From Candidatus Heimdallarchaeota archaeon (GTDB lineage Archaea > Asgardarchaeota > Heimdallarchaeia > Heimdallarchaeales > Heimdallarchaeaceae): a DNA stretch of 64,000 bases. The notes below the pieces were generated by a model that ran no database searches, was not told where the DNA came from, and saw only the letters and a program-made list of their open reading frames with translations. The stretch is from the NCBI GenBank assembly GCA_030603365.1, contig JAUVXV010000003.1, positions 32,001 through 96,000 of the forward strand, in the 5' to 3' direction. Shown one piece after another: positions 1 to 10,715 of the stretch (positions within the stretch are counted from its first letter, which is position 1; each line of letters begins with the position of its first letter). The translations under genes were made by a program, and so were the position numbers.

Positions 1-61
1 ATAATTATAATTTTAATAAGATTGTGATGGTTCTAGTCACTTTTGTTAAAAAGAAATTATT

Positions 62-1177
62 CTAATTTACTCTTTCACCTGTTCTATCAAACACATAGAT
101 ACTTTCCGCATAAATTATAATTTGAATAGATGTTTTTCTTTCAAATTCTTTCATAGTTTTAGTAACAAAAACAAGTTTCTCATCATGGTAATTAAGTGTT
201 AAAATCTGCTGCTCAAGTACTTTCTCAACATCCTCAATTAGACATTTTAGTATCACCATATTTTTTTCGACAGGTCTATCAGGATCAAATTCTCGTATGA
301 ACTCAGCTCTAAATCCTATGTCTCCTTCCTTCAAATCATTAGTAACAATAATTTTCTCTATCTGTTTAGGTAACTTGATTTTTGGATCTGCATTTAATGC
401 AATCGTATTATCTATATTTTGAAAAGATAGAAAATTCATAGGGTAATTTCCAATGAATTCAGCTACGAATCTCTCTTTCGGATTATAATATAACTCTTCT
501 GGAGTAGCTTTCTGAACTATTTTCCCTTGATTCAGCAAAACAATTGTGTCACCTAAAGCCATGGCCTCTGATTGATCATGAGTAACATAAATCATGGTTC
601 TATTTAATAGCTCATGAAGTTTTCTTATCCATGTTCGCATTTCGTATCTTAATCTTGCATCAATATTACTCAAAGGTTCATCAAATAAGAATATAACAGG
701 ATCTCTAATGAGTTCTCGTCCTATTGCAACTCTTTGTTGTTCACCACCTGAAAGCTGTGATGGATACTTATCTCTGTGCTCTTCAATTTGAAGCGTTTTT
801 AGAGTTTTATCGACTTTGATTTGTATCTCTTCATCACTATAAATTCTCCTTTTGAATATTTGACCTTCTTTCTGACTCTCTAATGGAAATTTGAGATTTT
901 CATAAACTGTCATGTGTGGAAAGAGAGGATAGTTTTGAAACACCATTGCTACATTTCTTTTATTTGCTGGTTTTTGAGTTATATTATTTTCTCCAAAAAA
1001 TAATTCTCCCTCAGTAGGATAAAGTAATCCTGCCAATATGCGTAACAATGTGGTTTTTCCACTACCAGAAGGCCCCAAGATTACAATGAAGTTACCCTCT
1101 GGAATTTCTAAATTTACATCTTTCAGAGCTACTTTTTCTCCGTATTTTTTAGTCAAATTTTTTATTGATACTTTCAT
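62..1177 (-). CDS. Sugar ABC transporter ATP-binding subunit (MalK family)
   Basis: Walker A GPSGSGKT, VFQNYPLFPH, signature LSGGEQQR, Walker B FLFDEPLSN, YVTHDQ, C-terminal TOBE-like region. Confidence 0.95.
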   Translation of the reverse strand: MKVSIKNLTKKYGEKVALKDVNLEIPEGNFIVILGPSGSGKTTLLRILAGLLYPTEGELFFGENNITQKPANKRNVAMVFQNYPLFPHMTVYENLKFPLESQKEGQIFKRRIYSDEEIQIKVDKTLKTLQIEEHRDKYPSQLSGGEQQRVAIGRELIRDPVIFLFDEPLSNIDARLRYEMRTWIRKLHELLNRTMIYVTHDQSEAMALGDTIVLLNQGKIVQKATPEELYYNPKERFVAEFIGNYPMNFLSFQNIDNTIALNADPKIKLPKQIEKIIVTNDLKEGDIGFRAEFIREFDPDRPVEKNMVILKCLIEDVEKVLEQQILTLNYHDEKLVFVTKTMKEFERKTSIQIIIYAESIYVFDRTGERVN

Positions 1178-4100
1178 TTAAATCTCCCTATAACTAGTTG
1201 AATTATTAAAACCACTTAAAACATAATTTCCAATAAAAGCAAAAAGGTTAAGCAAAATAATTGTTACAAGGATTGATGCAGCTGCGAACAATCCCCACTC
1301 TGGAGAACTGGATTCTATCGATCCCACAAATGTATATAATCTAATTGGTAGAGTATATTTGCTTGGAGACTGTAAGAGGACAAAAGCTAACAAAAAACCA
1401 TTCCAGGTTTTCATGAAATTTAATAGAAATGTTATTGCAATTGCAGGACCTGCTAAAGGCAAAATAATTTTTCTTAATACTCTAAATGTTGAATTTCCCA
1501 TTAAAGATGCAGATTCATCTAATTCTTTAGGAATCGAATCCATGTATCCTTTAATTATCCACAGAGCTAGAGGAATTGTGTGCGTACTATAAGCTAGAAT
1601 TACTCCAAAATAAGAATCTATTAACCCTAAATTATACATTATCAAGTAGAAGGGTATAAGTGTTAAAATTCCGGTAAACATCTTGAGAGTAAAAACTCCA
1701 ACCATCAACTCTTTTTTTCCAGTGAAAGAGTATCTAGAAAATGCATATGCGGCAAGAACCGTTAATACTACACATACGGTAGCTGATCCTAACGAGATGA
1801 ATAGTGAGTTAATAAAATTTAGATGAATATGCTCTTGAGTGAATAACAAAATAAAGTTCTCAAAAGTTGGATTCTCAGGAAAGAAAGATGTAGGCACTAC
1901 ACTATCTCCTTTAGAAAAAGCAATCCAAAATATATTCCATAGAGGTAAAAGAGCTACAAGTAAAATAGCTAATAGAAATGTTGTGTAGAAACGAGGTTTC
2001 GAAATGAATTCTACTGTTTTTTGTATTCTCATAGACTTGGATGTCGTGCCATTCAAATAGAGTTTTGATGATCCCAAGAGATAAATTAGTGAGAGCAAAC
2101 TATGGATTACTATCCATCCAATCGAGAACTCGGAAAAAATCAATCCAACCCAGAGTAAAGGTTGCACTAATATTGCTAATTTAAATACTATTTTTGAGAA
2201 CAAACTACCTATCAAAATACATGTGTACATGCCGAAAATTAACCACGTTAGCCATATATTGACATTTATTGTAAATGCTGAAAGAAAGATGAAGACTGTT
2301 TGAATAGTTATAATTCCATGGAGTGGTGATAACTGTATAATGTTACTATCAATTTGAAATGCAATTTCCTTAATCTTCTTAGGTATTTTTGAGAAGAAAC
2401 TTTTGAATTGTTCTAGGATGTTTGGTTGTAATGCTGATTGCCTTGACACTTTGATTTCAGTTAACATATAGAATTGTGCAACAATAACAAAAATATTCCA
2501 ATTAAATGCATACCACATTTGGTAAAAGAAAAATTGTGATAGAGATAATAATAAATCAAGTAATAATGTGTATTTGACTACCTTTAACATTTGATAAGGG
2601 AATTTGAAACTCAGAATACCAATTATTAGATATATTCCCGCTAAAATGAAACTGAGATACGGATTCCAGTGAATTCCAAAATATCTAAATCCTGTAGTTC
2701 CAGCAATAAGATAACCAGTAGCTTGAAGGAAGAGTAGGATGATGATTGTAATACGACTTTTTGGTACTTTCTTTTTCTTTTCAGGTCTAAATGAACTTTG
2801 AGTACCCTTAGATATTTTCAACCATATTAATACAAAGAAGAGTGTTAAAAGACTCATTATTGTAGAATAGGCTGCTGCTATCCCAATATCCCTTCTTTGG
2901 TAAAACATGTAGAAAGTGAAAGTACTGAAAAGATCCGTAGCTCCAATAACACCAATCTCACTCGTACCATAAGATAATAACGGATATCCTTTTGTTAATA
3001 GAAAAGCAACATTGAAACTGCCAAATGTCTTGATAATCTCAAGGATTATTGCAGGTAGTATAATCGGTTTTATCAAAGGCACAATTACTTTTCTTATTTT
3101 TGTTCTCTCTCCAATCTGGTCAATATCCGCCATATCATTCATTTCTTTTGGAATGCTACTTAAACCCCCTAAGAAAAGGGTTGTAATCAAGGGTATTGAA
3201 TCCCATACTTCTACAAAGCAAGCAATGAATAACGTTGCATAGGGCTGTGTTAACATGTTAACATTCGTTCCAAAAATCAAGTTGAAAATAGAAACTCCTC
3301 CACTCCCATGAATAAATGATCGCCACGATAGAATTTTGATATAAGAAGGAATGGTCCATGGAACATATAAAAAGAAATACCATAATTTCTTTCTTTTAAC
3401 CTTATATTGAATTATGTATGCTAAAATGAACCCCAACACAATTTTCGCGACAATTATTAGCGTACTCCAAACTAAGGTTGTTGTAAAAGTTATTGGGAGT
3501 TGAGGGTTTTCTGCAATGTGGGCATAATTCTCAAAACCACTCAATACAGGACTTTCTCCCCTTTGAAGATTATAATCTGTAAACGATAAAAATACTCCAT
3601 AAATAATTGGATAAATCTCTAAAAGCACTAAAGCAAGTAATGCAGGAAAAATGAAAACATAAGCAATTCTGTTGAAAGGAACATCTTTCTTAGCGATGAA
3701 ACTGAAAACTACTATGAATAGTATAACTATTACTAATATTGACAAGGACGTTGCTAATTTGGAATATTCTAATCTATCCTCATAGCTTTGTAAGGTCTCT
3801 ATTTGTTCAGATTCCCAAAAAAATTCTTCAGATTCAGTTGTAATTAGATAATCTCCATTATCTATTCCAAATGATGCATTTACCATATAGAGAGATATTG
3901 AATAAGTATTAACAGGTTTAAGTCCTGTAATTTTGGCTTGGATAGTTTCAGCATCAGTATCCACCAGATATACTGTGAAGTTAGTTGTGTAAATTTTCTG
4001 TGATAAAAAAACATCGTTGTTGCTGGAATAATTAACTTGAGAGAAATACTCAAGCGAAGTGCTTTGAGTTTCATTGAGAACAACCATTGACCATGTAAAG

Positions 4101-4345
4101 CTCTGATTTAAACTATGATTATAATACTCGATTCTAAACCCGTTGTAGATGTAGGAATCTGGGAGTGTCCAATTGACTATTACATATCTCTCACCTATCT
4201 CTGTTAAAACTGCTTCATCTGTTTGAGCACTCACATATTTACCTGCAAAAAATAACAATGAGATTAGCAAAATACCACATATAGCTAGGACCGCAAGAAG
4301 ATTTTTTCTTGGGTTTTTATTCTCATTGCTATTTATCTTAATCAT
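1178..4345 (-). CDS. Fused sugar ABC permease (MalF-like + MalG-like) with an N-terminal extracellular beta-rich domain
   Basis: Two permease domains with EAA-type loops (SIPKEMNDMADIDQ; SIPKELDESASLMG) joined by extra TM helices. Likely start is ATG 4345, overlapping the end of the binding-protein gene. Confidence 0.88.
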   Translation of the reverse strand: MIKINSNENKNPRKNLLAVLAICGILLISLLFFAGKYVSAQTDEAVLTEIGERYVIVNWTLPDSYIYNGFRIEYYNHSLNQSFTWSMVVLNETQSTSLEYFSQVNYSSNNDVFLSQKIYTTNFTVYLVDTDAETIQAKITGLKPVNTYSISLYMVNASFGIDNGDYLITTESEEFFWESEQIETLQSYEDRLEYSKLATSLSILVIVILFIVVFSFIAKKDVPFNRIAYVFIFPALLALVLLEIYPIIYGVFLSFTDYNLQRGESPVLSGFENYAHIAENPQLPITFTTTLVWSTLIIVAKIVLGFILAYIIQYKVKRKKLWYFFLYVPWTIPSYIKILSWRSFIHGSGGVSIFNLIFGTNVNMLTQPYATLFIACFVEVWDSIPLITTLFLGGLSSIPKEMNDMADIDQIGERTKIRKVIVPLIKPIILPAIILEIIKTFGSFNVAFLLTKGYPLLSYGTSEIGVIGATDLFSTFTFYMFYQRRDIGIAAAYSTIMSLLTLFFVLIWLKISKGTQSSFRPEKKKKVPKSRITIIILLFLQATGYLIAGTTGFRYFGIHWNPYLSFILAGIYLIIGILSFKFPYQMLKVVKYTLLLDLLLSLSQFFFYQMWYAFNWNIFVIVAQFYMLTEIKVSRQSALQPNILEQFKSFFSKIPKKIKEIAFQIDSNIIQLSPLHGIITIQTVFIFLSAFTINVNIWLTWLIFGMYTCILIGSLFSKIVFKLAILVQPLLWVGLIFSEFSIGWIVIHSLLSLIYLLGSSKLYLNGTTSKSMRIQKTVEFISKPRFYTTFLLAILLVALLPLWNIFWIAFSKGDSVVPTSFFPENPTFENFILLFTQEHIHLNFINSLFISLGSATVCVVLTVLAAYAFSRYSFTGKKELMVGVFTLKMFTGILTLIPFYLIMYNLGLIDSYFGVILAYSTHTIPLALWIIKGYMDSIPKELDESASLMGNSTFRVLRKIILPLAGPAIAITFLLNFMKTWNGFLLAFVLLQSPSKYTLPIRLYTFVGSIESSSPEWGLFAAASILVTIILLNLFAFIGNYVLSGFNNSTSYREI

Positions 4346-5585
4346 CCTGATTTGCCTCAATATTATGCTGCGTATCATCTAAAATAGTCTGTGAATCTTG
4401 ATGATCCAAGAGAATGAAATTCAGAGCTGCTCTCATAAACTCTGAATATATATTGTATATTGGATCTAAAGGGTGATATTGACTGAATTCAATTTGTTTG
4501 ATTTGCTTGAGGATTAAAGGCTCATTCTGAACTAATGGTGAATTTTTTAGTTCGATTAGTGTTGGTACTTTATACTCCTCAGTCAACAAGTTTTTCTGAA
4601 CAGTTTCAGATGTTAAAAAACTGATAATATCATAACATGTGTCTGAGTATTGTGTGTCTTTTGACATTCCCCAACCTTTAATTTCAACCATCGGTGTAAT
4701 CCTTTGATTTGTGGAGGAAATTATAGGTAAAATTTCTATTCCATAATTCATATCAAATTCATTTAAGGCAGGTATATACCAACCACCATAGATGATCATA
4801 GCAGCCTTATCTGTAATAAAAGCTTGTGTAGCCGAACTACTACTATCATCATAGCTAACGCATCTTTGCGTATATTTAAGGTCATAAATAAAGTCCACTG
4901 CATTAACAGATGAAGAATCATTTACTATAATGGAACCATCTTGATACAATGAGCCATGACCGAAACCATATTGAAAAGCTGGCCACATGTAGGGAGAAAT
5001 TGTAGCCCATGCGAGACCATATATCTGATTTACTGATCTATCTGTAAGATTAACAGCTGCTTCTAGAAATTCCACATCTGTCCAATTTTCTTGCGGATAA
5101 GATTGACCATTGCTATCAAATAAGTCTTTATTATAGAACATAAATATTGAATCAAACCAAAGAGGTAAACCCCACAGTTCATTCTTGTAGCTCAAGCCAT
5201 TAATTGCTGCAGGGAGGAATTTTGCTTCCTCAATTGGAGAGAGATAATTGGTTAATGACTGAGTGTAATTTAGCTCTGCAAGTTCTCCAAACCAAGAACC
5301 TTTAGCAAGAAAAATATCAGGAGCATTACCAGTTTGTGCAACACTTAAGAATTTGTCTAACCATCCGGATGATGGTTGTTCAATGAAATTTATACTAACA
5401 GAAGGATTCAGTGCTTCATATTCAGCTATAGCTTCCTCAATTACAGCTCCACCTTCATAAGTGTACCACAAGTCAATCTCTATTTCATTTTCTTTTCGGT
5501 AATTAAAACTGAAGAACGCAATCGGAATTAATAGTCCAAGTATTAGAACAGAAGTAAGGATTATTTTCAAATATTTAGAAACCAT
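4338..5585 (-). CDS. Extracellular sugar-binding protein (MalE/SBP_bac_1-like)
   Basis: N-terminal TM anchor, APDIF, LWGLPLWFDSIFMFYNKDLF, AAMIIYGGW; first gene of the sugar ABC operon. Confidence 0.93.
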   Translation of the reverse strand: MVSKYLKIILTSVLILGLLIPIAFFSFNYRKENEIEIDLWYTYEGGAVIEEAIAEYEALNPSVSINFIEQPSSGWLDKFLSVAQTGNAPDIFLAKGSWFGELAELNYTQSLTNYLSPIEEAKFLPAAINGLSYKNELWGLPLWFDSIFMFYNKDLFDSNGQSYPQENWTDVEFLEAAVNLTDRSVNQIYGLAWATISPYMWPAFQYGFGHGSLYQDGSIIVNDSSSVNAVDFIYDLKYTQRCVSYDDSSSSATQAFITDKAAMIIYGGWYIPALNEFDMNYGIEILPIISSTNQRITPMVEIKGWGMSKDTQYSDTCYDIISFLTSETVQKNLLTEEYKVPTLIELKNSPLVQNEPLILKQIKQIEFSQYHPLDPIYNIYSEFMRAALNFILLDHQDSQTILDDTQHNIEANQDD

Positions 5586-5720
5586 TTCTTATATCACATC
5601 TGTTATAGAAATTCTTCTGTTTAACGATAAAAGAAGAAGCTTTTATTCAATGTTTTGCATAATACATGATTTGATACAGTAATATTGTTACTTAATAAGG
5701 TTTAAAACTCATTTACTGGA

Positions 5721-6734
5721 ATGTCATTCATGAACTTAAAGACCAAAATAGCGGTTGGTGTCTTCTCAGCTTTTGTTCTTTCTGGAATTGGTTTAGGTGT
5801 GTATTTTGGAGCCTTTTATATACAAAATATCGATACTGAACCAGAAGAAGTTGTTCTTACATTATATGGAAATACCTCCACTAAGAATTATACTTTAACG
5901 GAATTGAAGAGCTTCCCAAACGTTACTGGTTACGCTGGATACAGGAAATCCACTGGAACTCTTGTTGGTCCTAACTTGTTCAAAGGTATATTATTACAGG
6001 AACTAATTGATGAGGTCGGAGGAATTTCAGCTGGTGAGGAACTAGAAATAATTGCAGGAGATGAATACAAAGTAACTTTCACTGAAGAAATGATTGATGG
6101 ACAATTTCCAGCATATGATAATGTAACAGGTGATTACCTTGGTATCAGAAGCTTCAGAGTCCTTTTAGCATATGAGATGGATGGACAGAAACTTGTTTCA
6201 TCAGATGGAGTCTTAAGGGTAGTCTGTTTAGCAGAAGATGGAGCGGGGTATCTATCTGATGGGTCTCCTTGGGTGAAAGATGTACAGCGTCTCAAAATTA
6301 TTCCGTCTGCTTCATGGATTGTTTACTTATATGGTACCATTAATGATAGCATCGATAAAGCAACATTCGAAGCCTATATGCACATGAATGATGAGGCAAA
6401 TCTACTAGTATATCAACTACTGGAAATAGATAGAACAAATACTTACGAAGGTCTAGCTTTGTGGAGAATTATAGGAATATTCGATGATGACGATCCTAAT
6501 TCGTTTAACGAAACTAAGGCTTTAACAGGATATACAATAATTCTGAAAAATGAACTCAATGAAAGCATAACATTTGATTCAACAGAAATTTCTATGAATA
6601 ATAGTTTCATTCTTGCTTCGAAGAAAAATGCCGTATTTCTAAGCGGAGATCAAGCACCTCTAATTTTAGTTGGTCCTGGTGTATCTGAACTACAAATGAT
6701 TAGCAGAATATACGAAATTGAGTTAGATTTCTAA
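5721..6734 (+). CDS. Membrane-anchored protein with two molybdopterin-oxidoreductase-like (Oxidored_molyb) domains
   Basis: N-terminal TM; repeated motifs FKGILLQELI/YEGLALWRII, LLAYEMDGQKL/ILASKKNAVFL, GVLRVV/APLILV, WVKDV. Confidence 0.6.
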   Translation: MSFMNLKTKIAVGVFSAFVLSGIGLGVYFGAFYIQNIDTEPEEVVLTLYGNTSTKNYTLTELKSFPNVTGYAGYRKSTGTLVGPNLFKGILLQELIDEVGGISAGEELEIIAGDEYKVTFTEEMIDGQFPAYDNVTGDYLGIRSFRVLLAYEMDGQKLVSSDGVLRVVCLAEDGAGYLSDGSPWVKDVQRLKIIPSASWIVYLYGTINDSIDKATFEAYMHMNDEANLLVYQLLEIDRTNTYEGLALWRIIGIFDDDDPNSFNETKALTGYTIILKNELNESITFDSTEISMNNSFILASKKNAVFLSGDQAPLILVGPGVSELQMISRIYEIELDF

Positions 6735-6955
6735 ATTTTCCTTCTTTACAATATTATTTATTTTGTTTACTTTGATATGAAATGGGATAAAACCTAATTG
6801 ATGAGTATCATGAATTTGTGACAGTGGGAAATTACTCTAATTCTTAGGTATAATAAACTTAATAATTTGATAAGAAAAAAATTGCAACAAGCCTATTTAG
6901 TAAGATATCTACAATTAAATATGGCTCTTTAAATAACAAAAACTAATAACTACTA

Positions 6956-8893
6956 TTGAGTGGGAAAAGAATGACTGAGAACTTCTCTAATGGCATAACT
7001 GGAGAATTTTATGACCAAGTTATGGATAAATATAGTAAGAAAAGCCATTTAAAATGGGTTTTTAGTCATGTACTTGCTCACAAAGGTATGATAGCTATAT
7101 TTTTCCTATTTGCAACAACAAGTGCAGGAATTGGTGCTATTTCTCCCTTAATACTAGGTAATCTGATTACTGAAATCCTACAACCTTCTGGAACTTGGGA
7201 AAGAATTACCTATCTAGCATTCATTCTGCTTATCTTGACAATTGTGAGTGGTTTTGCTAGCTTTGCTTCGGGTTTGATAATTGAAGTAACTTCTCAACGT
7301 GTTGAGAGAGATATAAGAAACGAATATTACGCTTCAATGCTTTCAAAGTCTATGACTTTTCATGATGAAGTTAAAGCAGGAGATGTAATGGCTCGAGCAA
7401 CATTTGATACAAGAATGGTAAATTTCTTTGTAAATCCTGTTATACATCTGGCTTATTCCGCGACTTTTGGGGTAATGTTTGCAATTGGGGCAATGTTCTT
7501 TATCACTCCTTACTGGAATAGTCTTCCTGTTCTAATCATTATACCTGTTATTATCGCAGTTCCAATATTCTTCTTCGCAAGAAGATATTACAAATCTGTA
7601 GGACCAATATCAATGCAAATTCAACAATCCTATTCGAATCTTTCTGCGTATCTTCAAGAGAAATTATTGGGTATTAGTGTAATCAAAATTTTTGCCAGAG
7701 AACCATTTGAAAGAGTATCTTTTAGAGAAAAGAATGATCAACTATCAGATGAGATAATTACTAGAGGAAAACTACGATCAAAGTATTATCCTGTTTTACT
7801 TGTAGGATTAGGCGTAGGTCTATCTATTCTATGGGGAAGTTTGTTAATTAGCTGGGGTATCGGTAATCCTGTTACTCAGGTTCTATGGAGTTTTGGTACT
7901 CTTAATGTAGGTGGCGTAGCTGTAGCTGGTTTTGGAATAGGAGAACTAATCACTTATTCATTGTTAGCTGGTAATCTTTTCTTTCCAGTATGGGTTATGT
8001 CTTGGATGCTTGTCCTAATACAAATGGGATTTGCAGGAGCAGATAGAATTGTTGAAATTCTTACCAAAGAGACTATCATTCCTTTACCCGAAGAACCTAT
8101 TATTTTAGATAATGTGAAAGGAGACATTGGTTTCCATGATGTTACGTTTTCATATGAAAATGATGTGAAAGTTGTAAAGAACATTTCATTCAGAGTACCA
8201 GCAGGAAATAGAGTAGCTGTAGTTGGACCTGCAGGTTGTGGAAAAACGACCATAATGAAACTTCTGACAAGGCTTTATGATGTTGATTCAGGAAGCATTC
8301 AAATTGATGGAGTGGATATAAAGAAATTATCCTTAGATACGATTAGAGGAAATATAGGTGTAATTGAACAAGATATTGTTTTGTTCTCTGCTACAATTAA
8401 GGAAAACATCTCTTATGGTAAACCTGATGCTACTGATGAGGAAATCTTTGAAGCAGCTCGAATGGCTCAAGCTGAAGAATTTATACAGAAATTCGATAAA
8501 GGTTATGACACAATTGTTGGTGAAAGAGGTACTACATTAAGTGGGGGACAGAAGCAAAGAGTAGCAATAGCAAGAATGTTACTGGCCAATCCTAAAATAC
8601 TAGTGTTTGACGACGCAAGTTCAGCTGTGGATTCAGAAACAGAAGACAAAATTAACACTGCTATCAACAGAGTACTGAAAGACCGAACTAGTTTTATTAT
8701 TACTCATCGACTTTCAACTATTAGACATTCAGATATTATAATTGTACTTAAGCAGGGGGAGATACAAGCAATAGGTACTCATGATGAACTCCTCAAAGAA
8801 TCAGTTGATTATTGGCGAGTATTTGCACGATTTTCTGAAATTAGGAAAATGATGCCTGAACAAATGTTGACAGAGTTGTATCCTGGAGAGTGA
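6956..8893 (+). CDS. ABC exporter, TMD-NBD fusion, subunit 1 of a heterodimer
   Basis: Multiple TMs, GPAGCGKT, LSGGQKQR, degenerate Walker B VFDDA. Confidence 0.93.
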   Translation: MSGKRMTENFSNGITGEFYDQVMDKYSKKSHLKWVFSHVLAHKGMIAIFFLFATTSAGIGAISPLILGNLITEILQPSGTWERITYLAFILLILTIVSGFASFASGLIIEVTSQRVERDIRNEYYASMLSKSMTFHDEVKAGDVMARATFDTRMVNFFVNPVIHLAYSATFGVMFAIGAMFFITPYWNSLPVLIIIPVIIAVPIFFFARRYYKSVGPISMQIQQSYSNLSAYLQEKLLGISVIKIFAREPFERVSFREKNDQLSDEIITRGKLRSKYYPVLLVGLGVGLSILWGSLLISWGIGNPVTQVLWSFGTLNVGGVAVAGFGIGELITYSLLAGNLFFPVWVMSWMLVLIQMGFAGADRIVEILTKETIIPLPEEPIILDNVKGDIGFHDVTFSYENDVKVVKNISFRVPAGNRVAVVGPAGCGKTTIMKLLTRLYDVDSGSIQIDGVDIKKLSLDTIRGNIGVIEQDIVLFSATIKENISYGKPDATDEEIFEAARMAQAEEFIQKFDKGYDTIVGERGTTLSGGQKQRVAIARMLLANPKILVFDDASSAVDSETEDKINTAINRVLKDRTSFIITHRLSTIRHSDIIIVLKQGEIQAIGTHDELLKESVDYWRVFARFSEIRKMMPEQMLTELYPGE

Positions 8894-8897
8894 TGAT

Positions 8898-10715
8898 ATG
8901 GGTTTTATACAAGAACTACCAGACGAGAAATATGACAGAAAGTATGGTGATATCTATCTCTTCAAACGTTTATTTGGATATATTGCTAAACATGACATGA
9001 AGACCTTCTTTACAGTACTCATGTGGATGATACTCCAAACTTCAGCAACCATCGGTATTCCATTTTTCATAAGGTTCGTTATTGAAGGGGTTCAGAATGG
9101 TAATTTTAATGCAGTATTCTATGTTAAAACAGCTGCCATTATTGTTCTATATGGTTTTTTCTGGTTTGCACAATATAGAGCCTTATACAAAACTTCCATT
9201 TTAACTGGTGAAATGCTTAGAAGAGTCAGAAAAGATAGTTTTGAAACTCTCCTAAGAAATGATATGAAATTCTATGATGAAAACAAGAGTGGTAAATTAG
9301 TAAGTAGAGTGACCAGTGATTCTGATACAATCTCACAGATGGTTCAAATTACTACATCATTTTTGATCAATATTCTTGTTATGATTATAGTCTTGATAAT
9401 TTTATTCATAACTGATGTTCGACTAGCTTTGATCACATTAGCGGTTGTACCAGTACTCTTTGGATTAGGTATTGGTATGAGATTATTCTCCCGAAGAACT
9501 TCGAAGAACTGGAGAAAAACCATTGCCATACTAAATGCTAATGTCTCTGAATCAATATCAGGGATTGAAGTAACTAAAAGCTTCAACCAAGAAAAAGAAG
9601 CTTTTGAAAGATTCAAAGGAATAAACATGAGAAATTACCGAGCTGCATATATTAGAGCTTGGGGAATGAGTATTTTCTTCCCAATTATCGAAACCTTGTT
9701 TGGCGTAGGGACATTTTTAGTACTATATTATGGTGGAAATATAACTTTCACAATAGGAGATATCAGTGTTGCAACTTTGTATTTCTTCATTCTTATGTTG
9801 AATAGGTTCTTCATGCCTTTGTTAGAAGTAACAAGATTCTTTAACCAATTCGAAGCTGGACTAGCAGCTGTAGAAAGGATTTTCAGTTTAATGGACAGTA
9901 AACCATCGGTAGTAGAAGATCCAAATCCTGTAGCAGTAGAAGAGCTCCAAGGTAAGATTGATTTTGATGACATGACATTTTTCTACAATCCTTCAGAACC
10001 ATTGTACAAAGATTTCACAATGTCAATTCCTGCAGGGCAAACAGTAGCAATTGTAGGAAGAACTGGAGCTGGTAAGAGTACTTTGGTTTCACTTCTTACT
10101 CGCTTCTACGATGTTGAGAAAGGATCCATTATTGTTGATGGAACAGATATTCGTAGATATGTTCTTCAAGACTACAGAGATCAAATAGGTGTTGTTCTAC
10201 AAGATAACATACTGTTCAGTGGAAGTATAGAAGAAAATATTCGATATGGTAAGCTTGATGCCACAAAAGAAGAAATCGAAAAAGTTGCAAAAAATGTCTA
10301 TGCTTGGGAGTTTATCCAAAGTCTACCCAAAGGATTAGATACAGAAGTGGGAGAGAAAGGAACCAAACTTTCAGCAGGTCAGAAACAACTTGTAGCCTTT
10401 GCGAGAGCATTGCTTTCTAATCCCAAGATTCTGATTCTAGATGAAGCCACAGCTGCAATTGATGCTTACACAGAATCATTGATACAAGAAGCTCTCAAAG
10501 TATTATTGGAAGGAAGAACTGCAATTATTATTGCCCATCGCTTAACAACAGTTGAGAATGCAGACAGAATAGTAGTTATCGATGATGCTAATATAGTAGA
10601 AGAAGGTAATCACCAGCAACTTATGGATAAAAAAGGAAAGTATTGGCAACTCTATGATATGTATTTTAGACATCAATCTCTAGAATATATAGAACAAGCT
10701 GCAAAATTAGTCTAG
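8898..10715 (+). CDS. ABC exporter, TMD-NBD fusion, subunit 2 of a heterodimer
   Basis: GRTGAGKS, degenerate signature LSAGQ, ILDEAT, IAHRL; typical TmrAB/TM287-288-type asymmetric pair. Confidence 0.93.
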   Translation: MGFIQELPDEKYDRKYGDIYLFKRLFGYIAKHDMKTFFTVLMWMILQTSATIGIPFFIRFVIEGVQNGNFNAVFYVKTAAIIVLYGFFWFAQYRALYKTSILTGEMLRRVRKDSFETLLRNDMKFYDENKSGKLVSRVTSDSDTISQMVQITTSFLINILVMIIVLIILFITDVRLALITLAVVPVLFGLGIGMRLFSRRTSKNWRKTIAILNANVSESISGIEVTKSFNQEKEAFERFKGINMRNYRAAYIRAWGMSIFFPIIETLFGVGTFLVLYYGGNITFTIGDISVATLYFFILMLNRFFMPLLEVTRFFNQFEAGLAAVERIFSLMDSKPSVVEDPNPVAVEELQGKIDFDDMTFFYNPSEPLYKDFTMSIPAGQTVAIVGRTGAGKSTLVSLLTRFYDVEKGSIIVDGTDIRRYVLQDYRDQIGVVLQDNILFSGSIEENIRYGKLDATKEEIEKVAKNVYAWEFIQSLPKGLDTEVGEKGTKLSAGQKQLVAFARALLSNPKILILDEATAAIDAYTESLIQEALKVLLEGRTAIIIAHRLTTVENADRIVVIDDANIVEEGNHQQLMDKKGKYWQLYDMYFRHQSLEYIEQAAKLV

